DNA of 64,000 nt from Guillardia theta CCMP2712 (lineage: Eukaryota > Protista > Cryptophyta), in NCBI RefSeq assembly GCF_000315625.1, contig NW_005434620.1, positions 59,556-123,555 on the forward strand, in the 5' to 3' direction. The position numbers and the translations under genes are program-made. The notes under the pieces are model-generated. The model worked only from the letters and a program-made list of their open reading frames with translations. It was not told where the DNA came from and did no database searches. Positions 35,524 to 46,572 of the stretch are shown here, one piece after another (the first letter of the stretch is position 1; every line of letters begins with the position of its first letter).

Positions 35524-38500
35524 ATGGACGTCATGTCATCTAGTCTGTCGTCGGCGCGCTCATTGAGGAGCTCAGCCGGGGAAGGGAAGGAAGAGAACCT
35601 TATGATCAGAGTGCTCAGTGCAAGCGGCCTGAAGCAGAAGGGCCGAATCTTTCTCGACGATCAAGAGCCTGTGTTCTGTCAACTCCGCGTGCTTGACGGC
35701 GATGAGTCCGACGTCCAAGAAGGCCGAACAGAAGCAATGCCAGAAGACGAGACCGACGTGATTGTATGGAACGAAGGGTTCTTGTTCAGCGTGCGGAATG
35801 CGAGCGAGGCCCAGGCAAGTCGGCGGCCATCGACTTAAGAAGATTTTGACTCCCCATGCAGCTGGAATGCTCTGTTTGGCGCTTGAGTTACGACCCCGAG
35901 GAGAACAAAGACGTCACGACCTTTCTTGGAGGAGCTGTCATCAGCACAAGCGAGCTTGCAGCCTACGCTGGGAGGTATACATCTATCGCTGTGCCGGCAG
36001 CTTTAAGAACTCTTGCAGGCTTCTCAAGCAAGACTTCGAGCTGGAGGGCTCTTCTCACTTTGGCGGGAAACTACAACTTGCCTTGCTGTACGGCGCAGAT
36101 CCCAACGATTTGGATCTTTCCGAGGGGTACGAGAGCCACCAGGAAGGGGAATCAGAAATTGAGATTCATGACTACCCTATGCAACGAGTGGACCCTTCGA
36201 ATCAGAGCGACACATTCGAAGCTGAAGACGAGGTGGAGGAGTACGAGGACAATCAGGAAGAGGCTATGTTTGAACCGCAGCTCTACGATACCGAACTTCC
36301 ACAAAGGTTGTCAAATCAGAGCAGCCCACCAAGTCTGCAGGATGAGAACGAGCATGATGAGATGTGGAGGGGAGGAGACGACCAAGAGATAGAGATGAAG
36401 AAGAGGCTGGAATCTTCAGAAAACAACTCAGGCGTCGGGATCTCACTGGAGGCTGATAGTGAGGGAAACGTTGTTATTGTTTCACTTCGAGCTGGCGGGT
36501 CAGCAGAAAGCAGCGGGCAAGTGAAACCAGGCGACAGGTGAGAAGGAGAGTTGGGAAGAGTTGTACCGCGAACTGACACGTTGCTTGTAAAGGATCTGCG
36601 GCATCGACGGGCAAGACATCCGCGGTCTGAGCGTTCCTGACATTCTCGACCGCATAGTCGGGCCGAGCAACACGAGAGTCTCACTGGACCTGATGGTTTG
36701 AAAGGGGAAGGGGAGAGAGCCGGCAGACCAGCTGAGAGGTTGGCAGGACGCGGATCGATCTGACGGGCACGTGAAGCGAGTGATGTTGCGGCGGATGTCA
36801 TCGATGCCGCTGCAGATTCAGTGAGCAGGAGAGGAGTGTGAGATGTGCAGGCTTGTCTCCTCATGTCTTCTTCGATGTCTCCCCGTGTCTCTCCCTCCTC
36901 TCCTCACGCCTTGTGTCCTCCAGGTTCGACCAGCCGTTTCCCGACCATCCGAGCTACCTCTCACAAGGAGCGCAAGACAGATACCTCGTCCCTGACGTCT
37001 CCAGAGCGTCTGACATCGACGGTAAGCCGTCCAGCCTCTTTCCTAGCATGCAGAACCAGCCGGTGGACACCCTCGCGTCGCATCACAGGCCCTCGAAGCA
37101 GGCGAAGGTGAGGAGGGAGCCGAGCAAGAAAGAGGGGCTGATAGCCCTGTAGGTCAGCCCTGTGCCCTCAGCCCCCGATGATTTCTCGGTGACGATGGTG
37201 GACGGCGAAGGATTCTTAACCGGCGAGTCGATCACGCGAACTCTCTCAGAGTTTGAGATGTTGTACGAGTTCCTCATCGGTAATTACTCCAAACCCAGCA
37301 GCATGCCCAGCTCTCTGGACCCCTTCGACGCTCATCGCAATTTTGCGGTCCCTTCCCTGGAGCTTGACCTCGTCTTTGATCAGCAGGGGAACGTCAGCCT
37401 CTCTCTTCTCGCTGCTCGCCTCGAGGAGTTCCTCAACGAAGTCTTGGCTGACCCTCTGCTGTCGCGCGACACATACGTCCTTGCCTTCTGCGAGCCCGAC
37501 GAGCTTGACACCCTCAAGGAGCTACAGGACTCCTCCAGCGAGCAGCGCTCTCCTCCTCCTCCTCCTGCTCTCGATCCGCTTGAACTCGTCTCAAGAAACG
37601 GCTACGCGTCCAGCTTCAGCAAGAGCATGTCGCCACAGGACGGGAAGTACGAGATGTCGAACGGGTCGATGGCGCTTCCTTCTTCGACAGAGGGCGTGGT
37701 GAAGTTGTACATGGAGAAGCTGGCAGAGAAGGACAGGCAAATCGCACACATGTCCATAAAACTCTCAGCTGCTGAGCACAAAGTGTCATCAGCAACGCAG
37801 CGAGAAGCGGAGCTGGAGGAGGAGCTGAAGCGACTGAAGGCTGGGGGGACCGCGAGGTTCTCGACAGGAGGGGAGGGGTGGGAGGAAGAGAAAGCGAAGC
37901 TCATCGCCGGGTTCAAGGAGCAGATCGAGATGCTGCAGGCCTCTCACAAGGAGGGAGGCGGCCGCTTGTCAGCCGGAGTTGACAGCAGAAGCTCAGCTGG
38001 TCAGCTGCAGGAGGTGATGCAGAAGTTGTCAGAGGCGAACCAGGAGAGCAACCGGCTCAAGGTCAGGCTGGGAGAGCTCGAAGTGACGCTGCGGAGCGTG
38101 GAGGAGGAGCGAGCCCAGCTACAGCGAGAGGTGAAGACCGCAAAGTGGAGCCCGAGTGAGGAGGAGGAGGATCAGGGGAGGCCGTTGGAGGTCAGCGAGC
38201 TCAGGAGGAGGGTGAGAGAGCTGCAGGAGGAACTCTCGTCGGAGAGAGAGCGCCTGAACCAGCAGAGGAGACAAGCGCAGACGCTAGAGACGAACTTGAG
38301 CGAGTCCAAGGTGATGGTGGAGCAGCTTCAGCAGGAGCTGGAGGTGGCGCAGATGAAAGTCACGCACAGCAGAAACCTGTCGCAGGAGGTGGAGGACAAG
38401 GAGTTGGAGATCTCCTCCCTCGGCGAGAAGTGTGCCATCCTCTCGAAGAGGAACGAGCAGCTCCTGGACGAGCTGGAGGCTCTGCGGAAGAGCAGCGACG

Positions 38501-39240
38501 AGCTGAAGGCACAAGTTGGTGGGGAGCACCAGAGAGGACGGCGAGAGGATCGAGAGGAGGCGATGGAGGAGCTTGACAGCCTGAGAAGGCAGCTCATGAC
38601 CCAGCAGGACGAGATCAAATTCCTCAAGTCCAAACTCGCGGACGAGCGCTGGAAGACTTCTTTCCCTCCCAACTCTCTCCAGCTCGCGCCCAACTCTGCT
38701 CCCTTCGGCAACGGACAGACCAAGGGCTCCATCCTCAAGGCTCGACAGGCTGTGGAGGAGCTGAAGCAGAGGATAGTCGGAGGCTCCTCCTCCTCGAGCG
38801 TGTCCCCCTCCCCCCGCCTCTCCGCCAGTCCTCAAGCCTTCGCTGTGTCGCAGGCCATGGAGTACGAGACGAAGATCGCCCAGCTGATGACCCAGCTGAA
38901 GCGGGAGCGACTGGCGCTGGAAGAGGAGAAGATTGCCAGGCAGGCAGCCGACGAGCTGAACGCGGAGCTGCTCGAGAGCTTGCAAGAGAGCCGCGCGGCC
39001 CTTCCCTCCACCTCAGCTGCTCGACCTTCATACCAGCAGGACTTGAGCTGGAGACGGTCAGACCTGAAGCTGGACGGAGGGTTCGCGCGATTCGTCAACA
39101 GCAAGAGGAGCGAAGGAACAGAGAGGACGATGAGCCCCCAACTGTCTTCCACGCTAGCCAAGGTGCCGCAGACTCCAGCTGGTGTCGACCTGTCTAACTC
39201 GCTCTCTGCAGGTACAAAAAGCCCTCGCTCGAATCAAAAG
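35524..39240 (+). CDS. C2 - PDZ - PX - long coiled-coil protein; both ends approximate
   Basis: C2: LMIRVLSASGL...PVFCQL...VWNEGFLF...FLGGAVI. PDZ: GVGISL...VIVSLRAGGSAESSGQVKPGDR|ICGIDG...IVGP. PX-like: TRTLSEFEMLYEFL...RLEEFLNEVLADPLLSRDTYVLAFC. An E/L/Q/R-rich coiled coil follows. GC-AG intron at 35815-35861. Confidence 0.7.
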
Positions 39241-40142
39241 CGACATGGACATCTAACTCACATCCCTTCTCCTCCTGCCTCTCTCCTCTTGGAAACCTTC
39301 ACTTTACCCTCCTCTTTGTTTTTCTTCCTTTGCTTCTTCACACTGGGTGTAAAATGCTGCCATGAAACTGCAAGGCGACCTCGTTTGCTTCCTCCACGCA
39401 TGACAACTACAGTCATCCTGTCAGCTCCTCCCCCTCCCTCGTGTCTCTCTCTCCTCCCCTCTCCTTTCCCTCCCTCTTCTCTCCCTCGCACAACACTCCC
39501 CCCCTCCCCCTTCCATGTCTTCACCCCATCCTCTTGAAGTAGACCCCGATAACAATTCATTCAGCGATATGGATTCTCGGCAGGTACTTTATGTGGTGAA
39601 CGGTAGCATATACCACTCGTCGTGTATTCGCGCTGCCGTCAGCTGTCAGGATCGGCAAGCAACTTGAGCACCTCCTCGAGGGCTTCCAACAAGGTGTTGA
39701 GACGATGTGACTGGGTATCAATTGAGGGCTCATACGTTCCTTAGGCTGACCAAGCGGCGCGGGTGTTCTGCAAAGTTGGAAACAAAACAGAAGTGATTTC
39801 AATACCGGATACAAGTCAAAATGTGTCATGGCTGGTGGATGTGATTCAGGCACGATTTGGAACAAGAGTATGCCAACCTTAGCATAACTGCATTTACTCA
39901 CTAGCCTCCAGGTCCAGTCACTGACTGTGATGGGCTGTGAATTGAGAAATCAAGATGTTATCATGAGTGTTATAAGAGATGGAGATCTGATCGAAGCTGG
40001 ACCTTCAAAAGGTCTAGATAATGGCAAGAACCTCAGCATCCGTGAGCGGTATAAGGAGGTGAAAAGATACAAGGTTCATGTTGCAAGAGACTGCCTAAAG
40101 ATCTTTGATTGTGGCTGCAGGGAGGTGTAATGGGTACAGTTT

Positions 40143-40613
40143 NNNNNNNNNNNNNNNNNNNNNNNNNNNNNNNNNNNNNNNNNNNNNNNNNNNNNNNNNN
40201 NNNNNNNNNNNNNNNNNNNNNNNNNNNNNNNNNNNNNNNNNNNNNNNNNNNNNNNNNNNNNNNNNNNNNNNNNNNNNNNNNNNNNNNNNNNNNNNNNNNN
40301 NNNNNNNNNNNNNNNNNNNNNNNNNNNNNNNNNNNNNNNNNNNNNNNNNNNNNNNNNNNNNNNNNNNNNNNNNNNNNNNNNNNNNNNNNNNNNNNNNNNN
40401 NNNNNNNNNNNNNNNNNNNNNNNNNNNNNNNNNNNNNNNNNNNNNNNNNNNNNNNNNNNNNNNNNNNNNNNNNNNNNNNNNNNNNNNNNNNNNNNNNNNN
40501 NNNNNNNNNNNNNNNNNNNNNNNNNNNNNNNNNNNNNNNNNNNNNNNNNNNNNNNNNNNNNNNNNNNNNNNNNNNNNNNNNNNNNNNNNNNNNNNNNNNN
40601 NNNNNNNNNNNNN
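40143..40613. other. Assembly gap (N run), flanked on the right by a (GAG)n tract to ~40705
   Basis: Run of n characters. Confidence 1.
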
Positions 40614-40699
40614 GGAGGAGGAGGAGGAGGAGGAGGAGGAGGAGGAGGAGGAGAGGAGGAGGAGGAGGAGGAGGAGGAGGAGGAGGAGGAGGAGGAGGA

Positions 40700-42151
40700 G
40701 GAGGAGCGATAGTGTCATCACCGTAGACCTCGACCTCACAGATAGTCAAGATCCTGTTTTCACCTGTACGCCCCCAGCAGTCACTCGTCCTCGTCAGCAA
40801 GAGACCGCAAACCTGGCATGACGACGAAGATGTACTTTGCACTTGTCTCACACCATCTGATGAACTCAATGAGGGGAGCAGAAGGGAGGGGAGGGGAGGG
40901 GAAGGTGAGGCGAGAGGAGGCAAGAGGAGAGGAGAGGAGACTGGGAGAGGGGAGAATGGAGAGAAGACTAACATCAGTTCGTCCCCAGCTGCCGGCACCT
41001 CCACATCCGCCGCACACAAGAAGTTTTCAGTTGGAATTGGAGAATCTCCAGCAAAGACGTTGACGCCCTTTGAAAGTCATGAATGACGTTCTCTACTCCC
41101 CTCCTCTCTTCTTCTCTCCTTCCTCCCTCTCCACATCCTGCCACCCTCACTCGTCTCTCCTTCATCCTCCCTCCTTCCTCTCCTTGCTTCACCTGCAGAC
41201 GCTCGAAGCAACAATCCGCGCGGTTCCACAGTCTGATGGCTGAAATGCTGCGCTGGGAGTGCTAGAGGAGTCTCAAACTCCTCCACCCCCTCACTCTCCT
41301 TACCATGTCCAGCATCCACCAGGGGTCCCCCGTCCCCTTGCCGTGCATGTCGTCCCACGTGTGCGTGCATGCGCCCTCTGCGAATGCGTCATCTGCTGTT
41401 GAGGAGGAGGAAGAGGAGGATGAAGAGGAGGAGGTGGTGGTGAAGGTGGTGGAGGTGGAGGTGGAGTAGGAGAGAGGAAGGTAGCAGGACCAGGAGTATG
41501 AGGAGGAGTAGAAGGAGAAGGAGTATGAGGAGCAGGAGGAGGAGATGCAGGAGGAGAAGAAGAAGAAGGAAGAAGCTTCATTTCACCTGACCATCTCATC
41601 TTCTTGTTTCCATCTACCGCTAGGTATGCATGCCCCTCACTTGTTTCTCATGTCAGACTCGCAGCTGAGAGGAGGGAACGAGGAACCTCGAAGTTGACGA
41701 CTGAGTGGTGCTGCAAGCTTCGACCCCTGAGGACACGTCAGAAGCAAGGATTCCCCATCATCTGCTCTATCTGACTCATCTTCTCCCTGCTCCTTCCTCT
41801 CCCCCTTCTCCTCTCTCCTTTCATTGTTCACCTCCCTTCTCTTTCATGGTCTCATCTCCTCCCTTACCTCTGCTCTGCTCTGCTCTGCTCTGCTCTGCTC
41901 TGCTCTGCTCTGCTCTGCTCTGCTCTTTTCTCTGTCTGATCCCTTTTTTCCTCCCTACTCATCTTTCGCCCCTCCCGATTCCTCTCCTCCATTCCCACCG
42001 CTCTTTCCACAAGATCGCGCGAGATTTCGAGAGTCCGCAACTGCTGCCAACTGACTCTGGCGACGTTGTCATCTCAGGGAGGGAGGGAGGGAGGGAGGGA
42101 GGGAGGGAGGGAGGGAGGGAGAAAGGGAGGGAGGAGGAGGAGGAGGAGGAG

Positions 42152-42184
<33 letters not shown>

Positions 42185-43956
42185 AAGGAGGAGTGCCTGA
42201 TAGAGGAGGTTGGATTTGAGAACTTCTCGAACATTCTTGAAGTCTGTCAAGGTCGTCAGAGCAACCAGCAATTACCTTCATCTCACCTGTAGCAACAAAC
42301 AGGGTCGTCCGATGGTCAGCAGGGCAGAGGCTGAGGGCGCAAGAGAGGAACTTGTTCACAGTTCGATCCGGCTGCTCCCTCTCCCACCCTTGCAGGTAAG
42401 CTCGCAAGTGGTGCCAACGAATCTGCAGCCCCACCGAGCAGACGCTGGCCTGCTCCCCTCGAGGTGAGCGGAGGGAGACGAACAGCTTCGTGCCACCTCC
42501 AGCTCCTGGCGCCTCCACGTCACGACCCTCTGGATCTTCTCGTTCGGCCTGCCACCTTCCTCATCCCTCGCGCGGGCCTCCAGCTATACCTGTGCAGGAA
42601 TGCATGGAGGATCGGGAAAGCGAAGATGCCGAAGGTCTTGGTGATGGCGTCGATGTGGTGCTGCTGTCGATCAGCAGGCAGACAGCTGAACGCGTCCTCC
42701 TCACCTTGTTGAGGTATGCTGTGGGAAACCCGAAGAGAGTTTGCGCCAGGATCACATCATCCGGCTGCTTGCATGTCACAGGCGGAGGAAGAGGAGGAGG
42801 AAGGAGGAAGAGGAAGAAGAGGTCACTTACCATGCTGTCGTTCCAGTGCTGGCAGGCCAGCAGCTCTCCGTACTTGCCATACTCCTCCTGCGGAATTCGA
42901 GGCATCTCGACCTGCATGGCGCTAAGCGACCGACCGTCACGTCCAGCTGGGGTCACAAAGTCTCGATGCTCGGTGAGATAGGGAGCGACGCCGTCCAGAA
43001 ATACATTGATGGGCCAGTCATACTGGTAGAGTCAAGTTCAAGCAAGAGCAGAGGCAGAGAACAAGGGCATGATGATGATGATGGTGTGGTGGTGGTGATG
43101 AAGATGATGATCACGACGAAGACAGTGATGGTGATGATGATAATGATGATGATGACGACGACGACGACACCTCAAAGATGGGACGAGGGCCTGTGTAGGA
43201 GTCGTTGGAGAAGTCAAGGATGAGGGCTCGTCTTGTGAGGATGGCGATCAAGAGCCCTGTCACTTCCTCTATCTGAGTGTTTGAAACCCCATGGCTGCTC
43301 CTGACCACCAAGAACCTCTTAGCCACGCTTTCGTCCTGCTCATCCAAGATCCTTCGATGTAGATCCACGTACTCCCTGAGGACCTTGTTCGCTCGCTCCT
43401 CGAACAGCCAGAAGGATGACAAGGCAGGAGGAGAAGGCTCCACCTGGTTGGCTGCTTCCCCCACTTCTCGTTCGATCCTCAGAAGCGTCCTCCGGGTTCG
43501 TAAGACAGCTCCCTGTTGGTCTACAAGGACGACTCGCAAGCTGTGAGCGCCGAGTGCCAGCGAGACGTTCGCCGAGCAGGAGCAGGACGAACACAAACTT
43601 GTCTGCACGGTGTTTACGAAAGCAAGCAAGCTAGTCTGCTTGGTAGCTGCACACAGACATCCGCTGCCCTCGATCTTGACCTCCAGCTCATCACTCACAC
43701 TCGAGCACCTTATCACAGTCCATCCCTTCTCTGCTCCCACCCAGCATCCCTGCCTGCCCACCCAGACCCTCAGGCAGTCAGCATGAGTCGATTCGCTTGC
43801 CCCGACGGCACATTCAGCACCTTCTTGCGCTGTTACAGTCATCGCCATGGCCATGGCCATGGCGAGCATCGTCGAGATCCTTGCAGTCTCTGATGCTGCT
43901 CTCCTCTTCCTCCCCTTCGCCATCATCGCCCGCTGCTGCCTCCCTCCCCCTGCCAT
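40700..43956 (-). CDS. Putative fucosyltransferase-superfamily (GT11/23/37/65/68-like) protein with an F-type lectin (FTP) domain; C-terminus probably lost in the gap
   Basis: N-terminal hydrophobic segment. GT-like motifs: FLVVRSSHGVSNTQIEEVTGLLIAILTRRALILDF, SVGLQIRW and (spliced) TLFVATDF. Spliced FTP domain: RNLARSCG...QSST...AYLAVDGN...ACTHT...DPWWMLDM...IRLWNRADCCFERLQG...KYIFVVMPGENRILTICEVEVYG. Confidence 0.7.
41868..41926. repeat. (CTCTG)n microsatellite, intronic
   Basis: Seen directly. Confidence 0.9.
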
Positions 43957-44295
43957 CTTAGCGTCCTGTCATGATCCTCCCATTCCGACACCCCACCAAT
44001 ATCACCACCCCCATCCAAGACCTCGAATAGACCCCACCCCCCCGGGCTATCCACTCAGGCTTGCAAATGCCATGGGCGACAAGGATGGAGTCGCTCGGGA
44101 CTCTGATGGGGCAGAGGAGCAGGGGGATTAAGAGCCGATCACTCAGCTAAGAAGAGGGACGGCGAACACGGGAGGCAGCGAGACTAAGAAAGAGAAGGTG
44201 GGTGAGGAGGAGACGACGACGAGACAGACACAACATTTACTTCCTTCACTGGGCCCCTCCTCCACCCCCGGAACATATAAACCAGCCAGGAGGTC

Positions 44296-46135
44296 TCAAT
44301 CAGCGGGCACCACCTGGTTGACCTTGAACTTCCCTGAGGCTCCATGACTGGCTTCGACGAGCCCCAAGTTCTTTCCATGTCGATCTATCACCGTCCGCAG
44401 CATTTTTTGCATCTCCTCGTTGAGGGAGTCGTCTGAGTCCAGAGCGACGGAGGTTGCAAACAAGAGGAATTCTGTGGGGTTCAGGTACCCGTCCCCGTCT
44501 GCATCATACTCAGCAAGGAACATCTCCACTCCCTCGTCGCTGATGTTCAGCCCGAGCAGCAACAGGGCCTCCTTCAGCTCTTTCTTCTCCAGAATCCTCG
44601 AGTTGTCATGATCGATCTTCTCGAAGACGCTGCGCACAAGCTTCTCATACGAGTCATGGCTCACGTCCTCCTGCAGCATGTTCTTGATCAGCTTCCCGAA
44701 GGCGATCTTCCCTCGAACAGTCTCCAGCATCAGCATGTTCCGCTTCTCGGACTCCAGCTCCTGCTTCTTCTTCCTGAACTTTCTCATCTCGTCGTACCGA
44801 TGCCCGAAGGTAGTCGACAAGACTGAGATGGGCCCCGACAGCATCAGGACGCCAGTGACGACACAGCAAGACGCGAAGAACTTTCCCACTCCAGTCTCCG
44901 GCACAACATCTCCGTACCCGACTGTCGTGAGGGTGACCACGGCCCACCACATTGACTTGGGGATGCTCTCGAAGTTCCTTCGAGCTTCACAGTGATCAGG
45001 AGGATCTGATACGAGACACTCCGAGAATTCGGTGAGGTGTAGGATGCTGCCATAGAGAACAACCCCGATCGCAAGCATGAGGAACAGAACGCTGAGCTCC
45101 GACTTGCTCTGATGGATTGTGTAGATGAGAATGCGCAGACCTTCGCTGTAACGACCAATCCTGAAGATCCTGAAGATTTTGATCAGCCTGACAACTCGAA
45201 GCACCACCAGGCCGCTGAAGTTCGAGCTCAACAGAATTAGATCAATGTACCAAGGCAGCACAGATGCAACATCAATGATGTTCAGTGATTCTTTGAAAAA
45301 CGAAGATTTCTGCATGGAGTTGGCGAACCTAGCAGCAACTTCGACAGTAGAGAAAATAATGCAAAATGCCTCCACACTAGACACCACATTGTTCCAGTAA
45401 TCTGATGTGGCCGAGCCGACTTCACGTAACTCAGGCAGGCTATCGACAATGAAGTTGACAGATGCAAGTAAAACGACTGACAAAGAGACCAAACTATACA
45501 TTCTTGCCCATTTTGAAGATTCTGGATTCTCCAAGAAGAGCCACAAAGTCTTCCGGTATCCATGATACAAATCCTCTACCTTCAACTCTGCTTCTTTCTC
45601 AGTCAACTTATCAACGGGGATGGAGATGTTGTAGAAATCAAGCTCTTCTTGCCAAGATTGTTCGCTGATCCCGTGCGGTGGCTCTAGCCTGTCTGTGCGG
45701 TAATAATTCATGATGGCATGAAATGCTAGCGGGTTCCTATCCAGGAAAAGGAATCCGGTCCGATCAAGAATTCCACCATCAGCCTGTCGGGAGTCAATCA
45801 CTACAAGTGACTCCTCCACATCTCGAGGCTTACTGATAATCTGTACAAAAGCGTCCGAGGAAGTCGTCTCAACGTCGATATGTACGTCTTGTGTATCGTT
45901 CCCCCGCAATCAATGGTGACGATCTTCTCTTCGAGCAGCGAGCTCCTTCTTCTTGCTGCAAGAGCGTCAACACCTGTTCACTTCAGGGGGCAAGAGGCCT
46001 ACATATGAACGACGGGCTAATCCCCACATCTCCTGCGCGATGGGCTTCTGATATGTTCTCCTCGGAAGCTGCTTCGAGAGAGGGTTCAAAGCTTGCACTC
46101 GAAGAAGCTGCCACGTCATCCGAATGATAAGGCAT
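44296..46135 (-). CDS. Voltage-gated K+ channel, Shaker/Kv-like (T1/BTB + S1-S6) with two C-terminal EF-hands
   Basis: Spliced T1: IVTIDCGGTIHKTYISTLRRLPRTLL|...FLDRNPLAFHAIMNYYRT...EELDFY. S4: LRVVRLIKIFRIFRIGR. Pore: WWAVVTLTTVGYGD. S6: LSGPISVLSTTF. EF loops: DHDNSRILEKKE and DADGDGYLNPTE. Confidence 0.9.
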
Positions 46136-46472
46136 GGGCCCCTCGATCGCTCCGCATGCACTGCTGAACAACCTATCTAATTGTTGGGCTTTTATTGGAT
46201 AAGGCCATGCACCTGACAAAAAAAAGGTCGTCACGCGACAAACCCGTTCATAATTCAATGCTCTTCACGAAAGGATCACGAAAAGTTGCCATGGACACTC
46301 TCGACTCTTCATACCTGTGCTGATATCTCTTCAGCATGTCGTTCCCTGCACTCTGCCAACTCGGCTCCTCAGCTTCTCTTTCCCATCAGCATCCCTTCCC
46401 TCTTCCTCTTCGAAAGTTCTCTTTCTACTTCTCTCCTACTCTGTCCGCCCCCGCCCCCCCCCCCCCCCCTCC

Positions 46473-46572
46473 NNNNNNNNNNNNNNNNNNNNNNNNNNNN
46501 NNNNNNNNNNNNNNNNNNNNNNNNNNNNNNNNNNNNNNNNNNNNNNNNNNNNNNNNNNNNNNNNNNNNNNNN
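46473..46572. other. Assembly gap (100 N) after a poly-C run
   Basis: Run of n characters. Confidence 1.

Noticed and set aside
40033-41019. ORFs spanning N runs and poly-E/R/G/P/H/M/S ORFs (also 46286-46783 and 53379-53936)
   Set aside because: Artefacts of assembly gaps and trinucleotide microsatellites.
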